64,000 bases of DNA from Raillietiella orientalis (Eukaryota): contig JAYWIR010000006.1 in assembly GCA_036172245.1 (NCBI GenBank), positions 2,790,001 to 2,854,000 on the forward strand, given 5' to 3'. A program made the position numbers and the translations under genes. Shown here one piece after another: positions 36,534 through 48,350 of this stretch. Under the pieces are notes generated by a model. That model searched no databases, was not told where the DNA came from, and saw only the letters and a program-made list of their open reading frames with translations. The first letter of the stretch is position 1; each line of letters starts with the position of its first letter.

Positions 36534-39099
36534 CTGAAAGCTCTTTGGTAGAGGAAATTCCAAAAAGGGACACAGGAAACTACAACTCTTGTCACCAGGG
36601 TACCCTCTCAAATTCAACCTTCTGACTAGCAGCCCATTCCAACGGCCCTAGCGGAGAAGACAAAAAAAAAATACTTGTCTGCAGACAAGTGAAAAGGCAC
36701 AGATAGAAACAGAATCGCCCAAAACAGAGTGTGCTGTGAAAGGTTGATCAGATGCCTTCCTGGACCATTTCGACTCCATAACTTTGAAATTTCTGCGGCT
36801 TTTCATTCCTTGATGTTCCTGGATGGAAAAAGGGAAAGCAAGCTCGATTTCCGTAAGAGTGGAACGATGCATCTCAGGATCTCCAGCTCAGTTGCTTATA
36901 TCCACCATGTCATTCTGCCTAGTCTCTAGGCATGTGAATGCCAATGGATTCCCTCCATGGGATGATTTTCGAAGCGCTCTGTGACATCAGTCAATGCGCT
37001 CTTTGCAAGCGTATCAAGAAGCAATAGCAAGGAAGAAGAGTCCATGCATAAATGGAGATAATTAACAAACAGAGCTCGATGACCCTTGAGGAACGTCCCA
37101 ATAACGCGGGTTGTTAATCCGAAAAGAAGCGTAATCTCAAGATTCCGTCTAATAGAGTGCGTTTATCTTCCATCTCGGCCCGCACTCATCTTGCGAATTC
37201 CTCCATTCGGCATCCTCCCCGTGGGCGGAGGATTTGATTGCTGAGAAGAACCCCGTGAAGTCACTTCGAATTCATCTGCTGCTGCGCCCTCGTGCTCAGG
37301 CGAATGTGCGGACGAATGCCTCCAGCTGAATGACACAGAGATGCGGCTTTGTGCACCTCTAAAGAAATTCATCCCGAGGGGATCGGAACCACCTATTGAA
37401 CACAGAACTCGCCGGCGTGCTTGAACACCACCCGATCTCTGCAAGACAGGGATTTCCGTTGTTGCTTTGGCATCTGTTTGGACGATCGTATTAACGATCC
37501 AATGTCAAGCGCCGCCTCTGTTCCTTGATATCCTATAGAGAGCACTCGATCTTTGGTTTCTTGCCCCAGTTGCTGTATTCTATACTTTGTTTTCCCCTAT
37601 CACGGAAAAGCGGGGCTGCGCTCTACACGTGTGGTCATCTTCCTTTCTATTTTTGGAACAGACTCACATTCTGCTGCTCAGTTTCAAAGGCCTCCCATTT
37701 GCCTGGGGTTTTCGACGAGAGTACTTTTTCCGGTCCGTGATTTCCTGTTTCCAAGAGAGTCCAAAAGAAAAGTATGGCTTCCACAGAGAGGGTTTATTTG
37801 TCATTCTGTCTGATGGATGACCAAGGAAAATAACAGACCATGGAAAATCACCGCAAAGAATGATGGGCATGTTATGGAACTTGCATCGATTCTAGACGGC
37901 GAATTTAGCGAAACTCTTCGTGCTGCAAGGATAACGCTCTTTGTGTTTTTTTCCCACCGTGCATGTCATGCAAAAGTGAAACACCTCGGAACTTCATGGA
38001 AAGCAGCCTTGCGGAAGCCACCTCCGCCGCATCCGCATCCAGTTATTCCGTAATGCTGCATGGGCCCCTGTAGGTGACCAGTCAGTGTTTCTTGCTTTGG
38101 GGATTTCCCTGGATACAAGAGAAATGCAAGAGGTCAGAGGTGAAATTTGCGCATGAGATTCCTGCAAGAGCCAAAGCCAAATCTGGTGCTGTTCGCTCCC
38201 AGGTCGAAAAAAAATTGTTCTTGGATCTACAAGCAAGTTGATGATCTAGTTGAGAGGCGTAGCGAGTCACCCAGAGTTACTCTAAAATTATACCAAGTTT
38301 CCCAGAGGGGATGCAGGATTCAAGAATTCCTTCCAGCTCTGAAGCTCATTGCCCTTCACCAAAGTGCGATGTCTGCGTGATGGATCTAGTGAGATCCATC
38401 TCGTCTGGTGTTCTGCACTCCAAATGGTAAAGCTTTGACGTCAAAACTCGTTTTCTTCCTTGCCCTCTTGAACAGGGAGTGAGCTACCAGGTTTTTGCTG
38501 AGCTACGCTGACCAGCAGTGAACGCGTCTCGACCTCAATACATCACGCCGAACCTCACCAGGGAGAGGAAGCGCGTTCCCCCCTCCCTCTTCGAGTCGAG
38601 ACGGAACTGGACCAGACTTCTGCGCCAGCGCAGGACTACGGGCGCGCAGCTGTCCGCTTGTCTCGAGCAGGCGTGCTCAGCACTGAGAGCACAATTCCCG
38701 GAACCAAGCAGTGCAGCCACAAAGAGGCATGACCTTGCTCTTACGCTCACTTTCTCCCTTTCAAATTAAACGGCTAATGAATGAAATGGACCTCAAAGTA
38801 GCACCCAAGGGGGCAACGGAATGCTTCGGTAAGAGAATCAGATTCAGCCGCGTGGGTGCTTGTTGGAAAGAAGAAGAAAGTCTCTGTTCTCCACGTTACG
38901 GTAGCTGCGGAATTTCGGAAAGAGGGAGCGCTTAAAAGATAAATAAATAAATGGACAAACAAGTGGATGCTTCGGAGGAAAAAAGTGGGGAGATCGAGGG
39001 AGCTCCGTACGGCCTTCGAGGCAAGATTGCAGATGCGAACTGCGGAAGAAAGAAAGGTTTCCTGTTCCAAGATGGAAAATTCCAAGTTTCCCTTTAAGA

Positions 39100-39660
39100 G
39101 GAACATCGGATTTGACAGCCGGGGAATTGGGCTGCGCCCTCCTCGAGGTGGTAGCTCCCGGCTAGCAAAGAGGAGGAGGGTTCTGTTTCATTGGAACCCA
39201 AGTGGACGAAATAGGAATCAGGACGCGATGCGGACACTCCGTACCCTCCGAAGAGGTGTGCGCGACAGAATGCAGGGGAAGTGGACCCCCTGCACTCCCT
39301 GCCGTCCATTTCTGATCTCTTGGGGTCCATGGTATTCCTCTCCAAGAACCTCGCGGACGGGTTCTACGTTTCACTGTTTACCCTGCCCCGTTCTCGCAGT
39401 GGTGAAGACCGTGGTCAGTCCTTCCCGAGAGCGTGCAATCCGTAACCAGCTCGCAAACTTCTTGGAGAAAATCCGTCCCTCTTTGGTCCCTTGAAGGCGG
39501 TCCTTGGAAGCTGAAGGAGCTTTCCATCGAGAGTGCTGTGGCTCTTCAACATCCAGTATTCCTTTCCAGTTCTGGTGTCGGAGTCTGTGAGAAAGACCAT
39601 GATTTTATTCCAGAAGAGAACCTTCTGCTCATTATCAAGAGCATGGCACAGGTTTAGCCA
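39100..39660 (+). mobile_element. Possible decayed mariner-type transposase relic
   Basis: Ordered fragments FDSRGI, LRTLRRGVRDRMQGKW and SLFGPLKAVLG recall mariner catalytic-domain segments. HDNA and SPDL motifs and TIRs were not seen. Confidence 0.3.
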
Positions 39661-42554
39661 CGGCAGTCTCAGGTCCAGCTTCGATCCGTGACTCAAAGTG
39701 CACGATTAGCATGACTCCCAACTATGCATTCTAAATATACAGGAAGAGCTGACTAAAACCGGCTCACTTCGAGTAGTTACGCGGCGGAACGTGGGCGCGT
39801 TTTGAGAGGGGAAAGCTATAAGTGGCTCACCCTGTGACAGCACGACTACTTCCGTCGATGCCACTGGATGAGTCGCTTGAAATGGCACCCGGCATCATTC
39901 GTGAACAGCTGATTTCCTGAAAAGTGAATCATTGATCCCTTTGAGTATGGTTTTGTTTGGAATCCGTCTTCTTGGTGCCCAAGTCAGAAACTGTGGCAGC
40001 GCTGCTGATCCTTCTGGGAATCTTCTCGTGCGGTACCCTGATACATGAACGTGGAGCAAGAACCAATCTTCTGTTGCGAATCGCCTGAACCATTCCGCGG
40101 TTCACCTTGTCTTGTTGCCTCGAAGGACTCCGACAGTGCAGTTCTTCTCGTCTTTAGGTTCTCTGAACGGAGGATGACGAGGAAGACATCCTCATGCTTC
40201 CGTTTCTGGAACTGAAACATGGGCAGTGACCCTGAAGCTCAGCTCGGAAGCGAAGGAGCCCTTCCTGCTCCGAACAGCCGCGACAGCAGCAAGCAGCAAT
40301 CCAAGAGCTGTTGCCACCTTTCGCTCAGCAGGCATACGCATCCGTGGAAGACCGGAGACTCGGCAAGGAAAGCACGGAAGACAAAGCAATCCATTCAATC
40401 AAAGACTTTGACAAAGTCGGTCGTCCCAAGAACTCAAAGGCACGTTTCATCCCGGAGCATTTCGATAACTTTGCGCTCGAGGTCACGGTGACTGTGGATG
40501 CATCCGATACATATTCCCTAAAGTGAACTGTCGGAGACTGGAGTCCACTTCTCAAGGGAATGAAGGAACGTTCGGTTCGCCTAGAGATAAACGAGTGGCA
40601 CAACTCTTGCGAGAGTAGTTTGTTGGGGAGTGGACTCCGTTGCAGCTTCCTAGACCATTGGCGTGTTCCCAACATTCGTCCTTCAGAAGAGAAAACGAGA
40701 AGTAAAGGAGAAGAGAAACCAAAAGAAAAAAAAACTTCTCCAAAAAAGAAAAGCTGAGAGGGTGCTGCTACCAGAGGAACAAAAGTCTTTCCTTTAGTCC
40801 GCAGATTTGCAGGAATGTGTGCTGCGGAATAGCGAGAAGATCCGGAGATGACCTCAATGAAAAGGACGGAGAAGACGTCGATAAAGCAACCGAGCTGCAT
40901 CTGAATGGAAGCACCGAAAATCATCGATGAGTAAAGCGGCATGAAACAAAGCGGGCGAGGACTGGAAGAGGAAACACCGCCGAGCAACAGACAGTCCTCG
41001 CGTTTGTTCGCTACTAGGAAGAGCAGAGATCCCGAAAGTCAGGCCGAACTTCCACACCAGATAAGTTTCTGAAGAACGAGACCGCTCCAAACCAGCGACC
41101 TCGGAACGACGGGAGAATAAGCAGAACTGGAGCAAGAAGCAGCGAACGGTCCATCCAGGCCAGGGAGCAAACTCGTGCCCATACTGAGACTCAGACTCGG
41201 TTCGAACGAGCGCAGCCTGAAGGTCGAAGCAAAACATCCCCAAAATGAAAGGGAGAAACTGATGACCCGCTGTTTCCCTTCCTCGATTTCTTGGAAACTA
41301 CCTTCTGTCGTCGAGAGGGATCTCTGGAGTCCTCTGTGGAAAAGCATGCTGTAGTCCAGTGAGTCACGAAGAAGACTGAAAGACCGAGGGTGTTGGAAGG
41401 GGAGTCCGTCCCTCCTAGCAAGAAGCAGGAGATCGAAGAGAGAACTGAGACCGCTTTCCTCCTGAGAAGCGCCGAGCCAGCTCACTCAGTTGCCGCTGCA
41501 ATGGCTGCCGACGCTGACTGCGCCTTCTTGTTCGCTCCACCGAGGGCGCTTGCCTGCCCCAGCCAAATGCAGTAGAGCTTGGATCTTGCAGGAGACGTGT
41601 CGACAGACACAAATAGAGACGGAAAATGCATCTCCATCCTTTTTGTCCTTCTAGCTGCATTTCTCTCTCCGCTCGGGGGAATGATCTCCCATCCAGTGCC
41701 TGTTCCGATCACTCTGGGGTTGTGCTCGTTGGAGCACAGCCCACGGTGGGCCTCTCCAGTCGCCTGAGATCTGGTCATCCGCCGGATTTCGTGACTCCAA
41801 GGCAGCAGCAAATCCGCTGGTCTTGTGTGGGCAATGCAGGGAGCCAAATCCTCTGAGCCTGGTCTCTCTCTTCCTTGCCTCCTACATCTCCCGGGAGCGA
41901 GAATCGCAGGGTCACGTGTCGCAGCTTCCAATCCACTCCGGACTCAAGGCTGACTAAAATCCCTGCTTCGACTTCCGATCATTTGCTAGAACCATCGAGA
42001 AAGTGGGGGTGCGGTGGACCCACGAGCGGTCTGCCGGATGCTTCCGCAGAGAGATGGTAGGTTCTCGAAACCCTTAGCGCTCTCCCAGTTCCCGATCCCT
42101 TGGAAGGGACCCACGCTCAGAGTACTTCCAGGATGGCACTTCAAACGTCCAGCGGTGCAAATCCGAAGCCAGACCCTGGTAAGTTTACTCCCGGCAGTCA
42201 CACGGGATGTGTGAATCCACCTCCGGCGTGCGCACGCTGCAAAAGAGGGTTGTGCAGTTCTCGCTTGCCCAGGACCAGGTGTCCGGTCCGAAATCCGCAA
42301 GGACCCTGCGTTGACCCCGCCCTTCCCCTACTGCTCGCTCCTAGCCTCAACCTGCAATGCCAGCACGAGAGGCCCACTTGCAAGAAGTTGCGCGGATTTC
42401 GCGTGTCAGGAAACGGTAGGCATGCGCATTCTGAGCCGCTGGGTGCGAAATTCCCAACTCGTCGCCAGAAGGCGCTGCCACTTGGCAGCAACCACATCGA
42501 GAAAGCCGCACTGGAAAAGTGGCCCGTCAACCAGTAAATCCGAGCGTCGACTTT

Positions 42555-43055
42555 TTGTTGACAGTTGTGTGGATGGAGTCTCTGAGCGTGGTACCAAACG
42601 TTGCAGGTTCGAATCCCGCCCGGGAAGAATTGACGCCGGAAATATATGTCGCGGACTTTGAGTCCCCTCTCAGAACGACGTTAGTTGGTCCAAGGGCTTC
42701 TGGTGCAGCACTGATGGATACCGGAAACCGGACGCTCACGTGGACTGGCCAGGATTGGAAGCTGTCCCACCGGGATCCTTCCAGGAATCAAGGAGTCTGT
42801 TCCCTTGAGAGTTCTTCTCCAGTTGTGAAAATAGAGCCATTCCTTTCCTTTGGGGGAGGACATTCCATCGCTTATTAAAGAGCTGGTTGATACTTTCCCA
42901 CAAAGGGTTGCCTTTTTAAAGCGTCAGAAGCACGCTGCGCCCTTCAGAGATATTGGGAAGGGTCTCTTCGAGGTTCTCTTCAAGGAAGTAACAAAGAGTG
43001 GTTCTCTTCGGAGAAGAAACGAGAAGGCCCTGCGGAGGGTCTTCCGGACATAATA
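42555..43055 (+). mobile_element. SINE, 3'-truncated
   Basis: GCAGGTTCGAATCCCGCCCGGG head followed by the family body. Confidence 0.75.
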
Positions 43056-43135
43056 AGGGAATAGCTTTCTTTGAGGTTTACTTTGGAGACTTCAGGATTT
43101 TCAGGTCGGACCTGGTGTTCCAGAGAACGAAGGTC

Positions 43136-43422
43136 GAGCCGTCACGTGGCACCGCGGCGTTGTCTGCCTGTCCACCCGCCCGGCAGCAGCAGCAACTCGG
43201 AAGGCACGCCAGAGAGAAGAGAGCAGATGCAAGGGACTGCCGCCCTTTCACCTCACTAGCAGAGGAGCCGAAGAACGAAGAAGCGCTCGGGAAACTGGAG
43301 GTTTTTCGCTCGAAGGCAGAAAGCCTGAAGGAGAGGCCGGAAGCGCATCCAAATGACCAGGTCATGTTGTATTCAGTGCATGGTCGAGGTCACCAGCTAG
43401 AAGGAACAGCGTCAAGGAGCTT
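43136..43422 (+). repeat. Unclassified dispersed repeat, copy 1
   Basis: Aligns to the reverse complement of 52082-52360 (e.g. CGCTCGAAGGCAGAAAGCC, CATGGTCGRGGTCACC, CAAGGAGCTT). Confidence 0.75.
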
Positions 43423-43826
43423 CGGGAACCACCCGGACACACGTCGTGTGGACCAAATGTGATGCCACTGCTGCAGCTCTCGAACGCTGAGGCACTGACC
43501 AGCTCAGAGAGCACGACTGAATCGCTGCAGGCTTGCTGAGCAAGAATGTTTTTCCACCCTCCATAAGAGTGCCATTCTTGTGTGGATGTTTTTTCGTTAG
43601 TCTTTGATGGCACCTCATTTGGAAACGGCTCTAGCCTGATGAGAACAGAAAGGAACGGCAGAGATTCATGGGGAGCCACAGAAATCAGGGTTGCCGAAGG
43701 GAATCGAGGAGAAAACGAAACGATGAGAGCAGGGAGAACAATATCCAACAGACAAGCCAAACTGTTCTTCCCGGCATCGTCCTTGACAGCACAGCACAAA
43801 AAAGAAAAAAAATGTCTCGAACAAAC

Positions 43827-43972
43827 CGAACTGTTAGCAGAGTTTCCTTTTGAACACGACAGATGTGCGGTGCTTCCACACTGAGTTGTCAGATTCTTCG
43901 GAGAGTTAGCGAGCAGATATGGCGAATTCGAAATAGCGGTCTTCTGATCCTTCGTCGAACGGCGGTAGGAGT
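43827..43972 (-). CDS. dpr: Dpr-family Ig protein exon 2 (first half of Ig1: ...PYLLANSPKNLTTQCGSTAHLSCSKGNSANSS)
   Basis: Strong polypyrimidine acceptor TTTTTTTCCTTTCTTTTTAG| and donor TCG|GTTTGT. 146 nt, phase 1 to 0. The sequence resembles the Dpr Ig1 start 'PxF...NVT...G.TA.L.C'. Confidence 0.8.
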
Positions 43973-44683
43973 CTAAAAAGAAAGGAAAAAAATTCATGAA
44001 AGCACTAAGCCGTGGTCCAAAGCACAAAGAGATCTCTCTTTGTGCCATTCCCAGCAGCACCCAAAGGAGTCGTCTGCGAGAACTGGCGCGTCTCATCTAG
44101 AAAATTGAAACCTACTCAGTTCGTTCGCAATCTGCAGTGCTGCTGCATCCCACGCCGATGCATCGCGCTTCTGCAGTAAGGGACGCGCGCGGAGTGGACA
44201 GTTTTAAAATGCGCTGTTTGCACCGACAAATGTCTTAGAATAAAATAGGCTGACTTTGAAAGGGAATGAGACTGGACAAATGAACGATTTTTGGTGCTGT
44301 AAACGTGATAAATGGAGCGGCAAACGACTGTTACAACCACGGCGTAGAAGAGGTTACAGAAATGCTGAGCGGAACAACTAATCCATTAAGTAACAACTCG
44401 GGCTATAATGCGCGAACAGAACGGCCACGATGAATCAGCGATACGGAGTTCGCCTGCGTGGCTCAGCACCGGAAATGAAAGAAGAAGAAAAAATGATGGG
44501 ATGGAAAATCAGTCATCAAGCAGCCGAACCTGAGCGCGCGGCACGTTAGTTTCGCTACCCTTGAGATGAGACGTCTGACGGAACCAGCATGAGCTGACTG
44601 GGACACCTCGCGAAGCGTTGCTCGGAAACCCGCAGCGATCACTTTCCGGCTCCAGAGCAAGCAGCGTCCAGCAAGCGACTTAC

Positions 44684-44744
44684 CTCCCTTCCCATCCACG
44701 GCAACGGAGAACACAGCCAAGCCGAACAAAACCGTGGAGTTCAT
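44684..44744 (-). CDS. dpr: Dpr-family Ig protein, probable exon 1 (signal peptide MNSTVLFGLAVFSVAVDGKG)
   Basis: ATG at 44744 in GGCGGCATG context, 20 codons with a hydrophobic core, then a perfect AG|GTAAGT donor in phase 1 matching the phase-1 acceptor at 43972. An in-frame upstream ATG exists at 44807. Symbol is family-level only. Confidence 0.65.
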
Positions 44745-45717
44745 GCCGCCGCTGGCCGACTCGAGTCCACACCTAAGCGGGCATTCCGGAGTCCTCGGCA
44801 AAACCATAAAGAGAACGGATCGCGGCTGCTTCTTGACATTGTGCCGGGAGAATGCTCGTTCGGAGATGAATATTTGCTTGCTTTAAGCCAATACGGGCAC
44901 TGGTACTCCGGAGATCATTTTCCCGGCAGGACGCAGCCGCAGTGAAGGCGCGCACACACCACGTACACGCACAATCTCGCATTCGTGCACGCAGGGGGGA
45001 ATTGATTCCCGCAGAAGCCCGGCATATGCCTCGTTTGCCGATCGTTTCCTTCCTCGCTTTCCTCGTTTCCCGATAGTGTTCCCCGGCTTCCGTCGCGCGT
45101 CTCTTTGCCACGAATCCCCTCTCAGGTTCTGCCGCAATTCGAAAGGGAGGCTCCCTTCCCTTGCAGCAGGCTGCAGCCCTCGAAAATGGTGCTTGGTCCA
45201 TCGGCGAGCTTCCCATTCGTATCGATCCCTGCTCCTCGCCGAAGCACACAAGCCCAGCGCCTCTACGTCTCAAACAGGCTGCGGGGTCGACCCGGTATCC
45301 TGCCGGAAGGATGCGTTCCTTGCACCCTTCCTCCCGCCCATCCCCTTCCTCAAGCACCCTGAACTCACTACCGAATTCCGTTCCAGACTCCATCAGAGAC
45401 GTCACCAAAGTCGCCCTGTAGCTTGCACGCAGGACGTTCCTCCAGCATCCTTCGTTATCCCATCTTTTGCTCGCTTTTCCCTCCGATCTCGAGAGCATTT
45501 CGTCTTGGAGGGCAGATGGATGCGGCGGAGCGACGCGTTGCCAACATGGCTGCCCGCGTCCATTTCGGCCGCATCCTTGGTCCTCATTGTTGCCGGGTCG
45601 GGCGCGGGAAACGGAAAGCAGTCGTCAATTGCGAACCGGCTAGAGATCTGGAGGAGTTTCTGCAGCTCCAGAACGGAGGTCGAAAATCCTACAGTGCTCG
45701 GCTGGAAGCGCATTGTT

Positions 45718-46595
45718 TGACACCCGGGTGCTCCGGGGAGTTTATTTGTGAGATAAACAAACTCTGCTGGGGACCATCGGCCCTACAGCATCCGAAAGAG
45801 TTCGGAACTTGCCCAGTAACCGGCACGCAGGTTGGCGAGGTTCGCCTCGGCAGCGGAGGGGGAGGGGGCAAACAAAAATAAAAAGAAAAACACTATTTAC
45901 TAAAAAATGGGAGGATTAGGAAAGGGATCACATTCCGCTGGAGGCCGTCCTCTACATTCTTTCCAGGATGCTGGCAAGTTTCATCCGAGTATGCCCCACA
46001 TGGGGCCATCTTGCTCCAGTCTTCAGGAAGCGTAGGGCGAAGCAGGTGACGTCCCTGTCGTGCCGTCCATCTCTAGCGCAGCTCCAGGCTGCCACAATCT
46101 CAAATTGGCAGCAAACAACTGCTAGGGATGCGGCAAACGAATGGGCGTCGCTCGCAAAGAGGCATTTGAGCACGTCTCTGACAGCGTTCACTGGTGCACC
46201 TAGGACCGTTGCATCACGCAACCGGAGGGCCCGGAGGGCAACACAGTCTACAAGCAAGTGCAGGAGCTGGGATTCCCGTTCTCCGCACCTGCAGTAGTTG
46301 GGGCCCACAGCCTCCCGGGTCCAGTGAGAGCTGAGCACGTTGCACGGGATACCCCAGTGCAACAGCAGAAATGCCTACTTCTGCCACTTCAGGGGGAGGC
46401 CCCGGTTGTTCTCCAGCGCTGTGGGCTACTCGAGGTCATGCTGTGGGATTCCCAGCAGCTCGCCACAGCGCAATAGTCCTTTCGGTGGGGCACTTGAGGT
46501 CTCAGCGTCTGTCAACTGGGTCCAACCACCTAATCCCTTCTTTCTTCCAAATATTTCGCAACTGACCTCCCATTTGGTCAAATGGTTACTGCCCA
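45718..46595 (-). mobile_element. 5'-truncated LINE (subfamily A), imperfect ~17-bp TSD
   Basis: LLHWG...YCRCGERESQLLHLLVDC...RWPHV...SILERM stop at 45952. Terminal AATAAA and hairpin at 45723-45746. Flanks are GGCTGGAAGCGCATTGT (45700-45716) and GGCTGGAGGCACATTTT (46596-46612). Confidence 0.85.
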
Positions 46596-48350
46596 GGCTG
46601 GAGGCACATTTTGGGGCAGCACGTGGGAGCAGGAATTCCAGAGGTAGCGACCTAAAGATGACATTCATCTCCCATCAGACGTACCTCACGAGTCACTGTC
46701 AGTATCGTGTGGTATTTTTGAGGTCACTTGGATGTCAGAAGAGCATCGGAAAATTGAAAGTGGAAACCACGTGCATCCAGATTTGTGCGTTGATGGTCTA
46801 CCCTCGTGGGTGGGCTAAAAACGACTTTATAAGAGACATGTGATATCATCCTGCATATAAAATGAATATTTAAACAATTCTGATCGATAGATCTGAATTC
46901 ATAAACCAAAAGTCCCTTCAATGAAGTGGAAAATCAGTGCGCCGTTGGAGTCTAACTATTTTGAGCCTTGAGTCGTGATACTTCAAGCGATGTGAGGAAT
47001 TTTCTGGAGAGCACATACCTTTGAAAACGATTATTCTTGCACACTCGTACGGACAGAGGTTTCGGGCACTCCCGTGCTCTTTACTTGTATCTTTGTGCAT
47101 CCGCTGCATCCGTGCATACTGATCTTCATTGAAAAGAAGAAAAAAAAAAGTGCCGAAAAGGATTCATGGTGCTGATTTCCTGCAAAAATTGTTTATTGAT
47201 TTATTCGAAAACATCGAGGGGATATGAGTCGGATAGAATAAGCATGATGATGAGTTCGAGCAATAGTAACGGACAAACAGCAAACGGAAAGGCAAAAAAC
47301 TAGTGAATACATCGAAAGGTTGCAGGAACGACTGTGAAGCTCAGCTGTTGAAACTCTCATCAGGAAAAGGCTGATGTGAAGATTTGAGGGTTTCTCTCGT
47401 CGCCATGATTGGAATCGGAATTCTGCGAGCGCGCAAGCCGTTTTGCTTCTGCTGACACCAGAGTGTGCGTTCTGTCTGCTCCAATCGGGTCTTCGGGACC
47501 CAATCGTCTTTCTTCGCAAACACAACCTGTTGCGAATGATAATGAAGCAAACTCGATTTCGAAAGATGAACTCGAGGCTGACATCTGTCAACCACTTAAT
47601 TACGAAAACGATTGTGTGTTAGAGGACGTCTTCAGGCCATCCATCATGCTCAGTTAGGCCAGATTTTCTTTGAAGATCACCGAGAAAAACGGGGAAGGAG
47701 AGCAACAATTTGCTCTCTTTGCGAAATGAGAGATCCAGAAACGCCGAACTGTCTTATGGGGATGCCGTTTCCACATTGAAAGAAACGGATGCGCCGGCGA
47801 GGGCTGCAGCAGGACATGATGCTGTCGAGCAGCTCTCGTTTCAAAAGCGCCGGATTTCCCCGATCATGGAGATGCTTTCGTGCTTTCGAATTCAATGGCC
47901 AAACATCGGACCATGCCAAAGCATCATCAGCTCACTTCCTTCTAGGCACTCGTGATGGACAGTTCGGTGTCTCTGCGCCTGAATGCGGAAACACTGAGCT
48001 GCTTCATCAGCGAATGCAAGAATCTCCGCCTTGAAACTTCAAGAAGTTTTCTGGAACCTCAACAGATTGCATTTGCGCCTCGCATGCAAGTCGTCATGGA
48101 TGGCATCTAAATGGAGAAACTGAGGATGGGAAAGGCAAACAAGGAATGTCTTTCAAAGGGTTTCCACCTTTCGCATCCGTGCAAGCGCTCCTACTCTCAG
48201 CTCTGCCGAATTCTGAGTCGCTGCGGTCATTGCGCACGCTCTAGAAATCAAAACGGATTACCTGCTGTGCCATCCGGCAGCATCCTCGATGCATCAGGGG
48301 CTCCTGGCGCAAACTACAAGCGTCCAATTGAACTCACGGTCGATGTTCTC

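Noticed and set aside
47193..47312. Signal-peptide-like ORF MYSLVFCLSVCCLSVTIA as Dpr exon 1
   Set aside because: No convincing phase-1 donor before the stop. The exon at 44684-44744 fits better.
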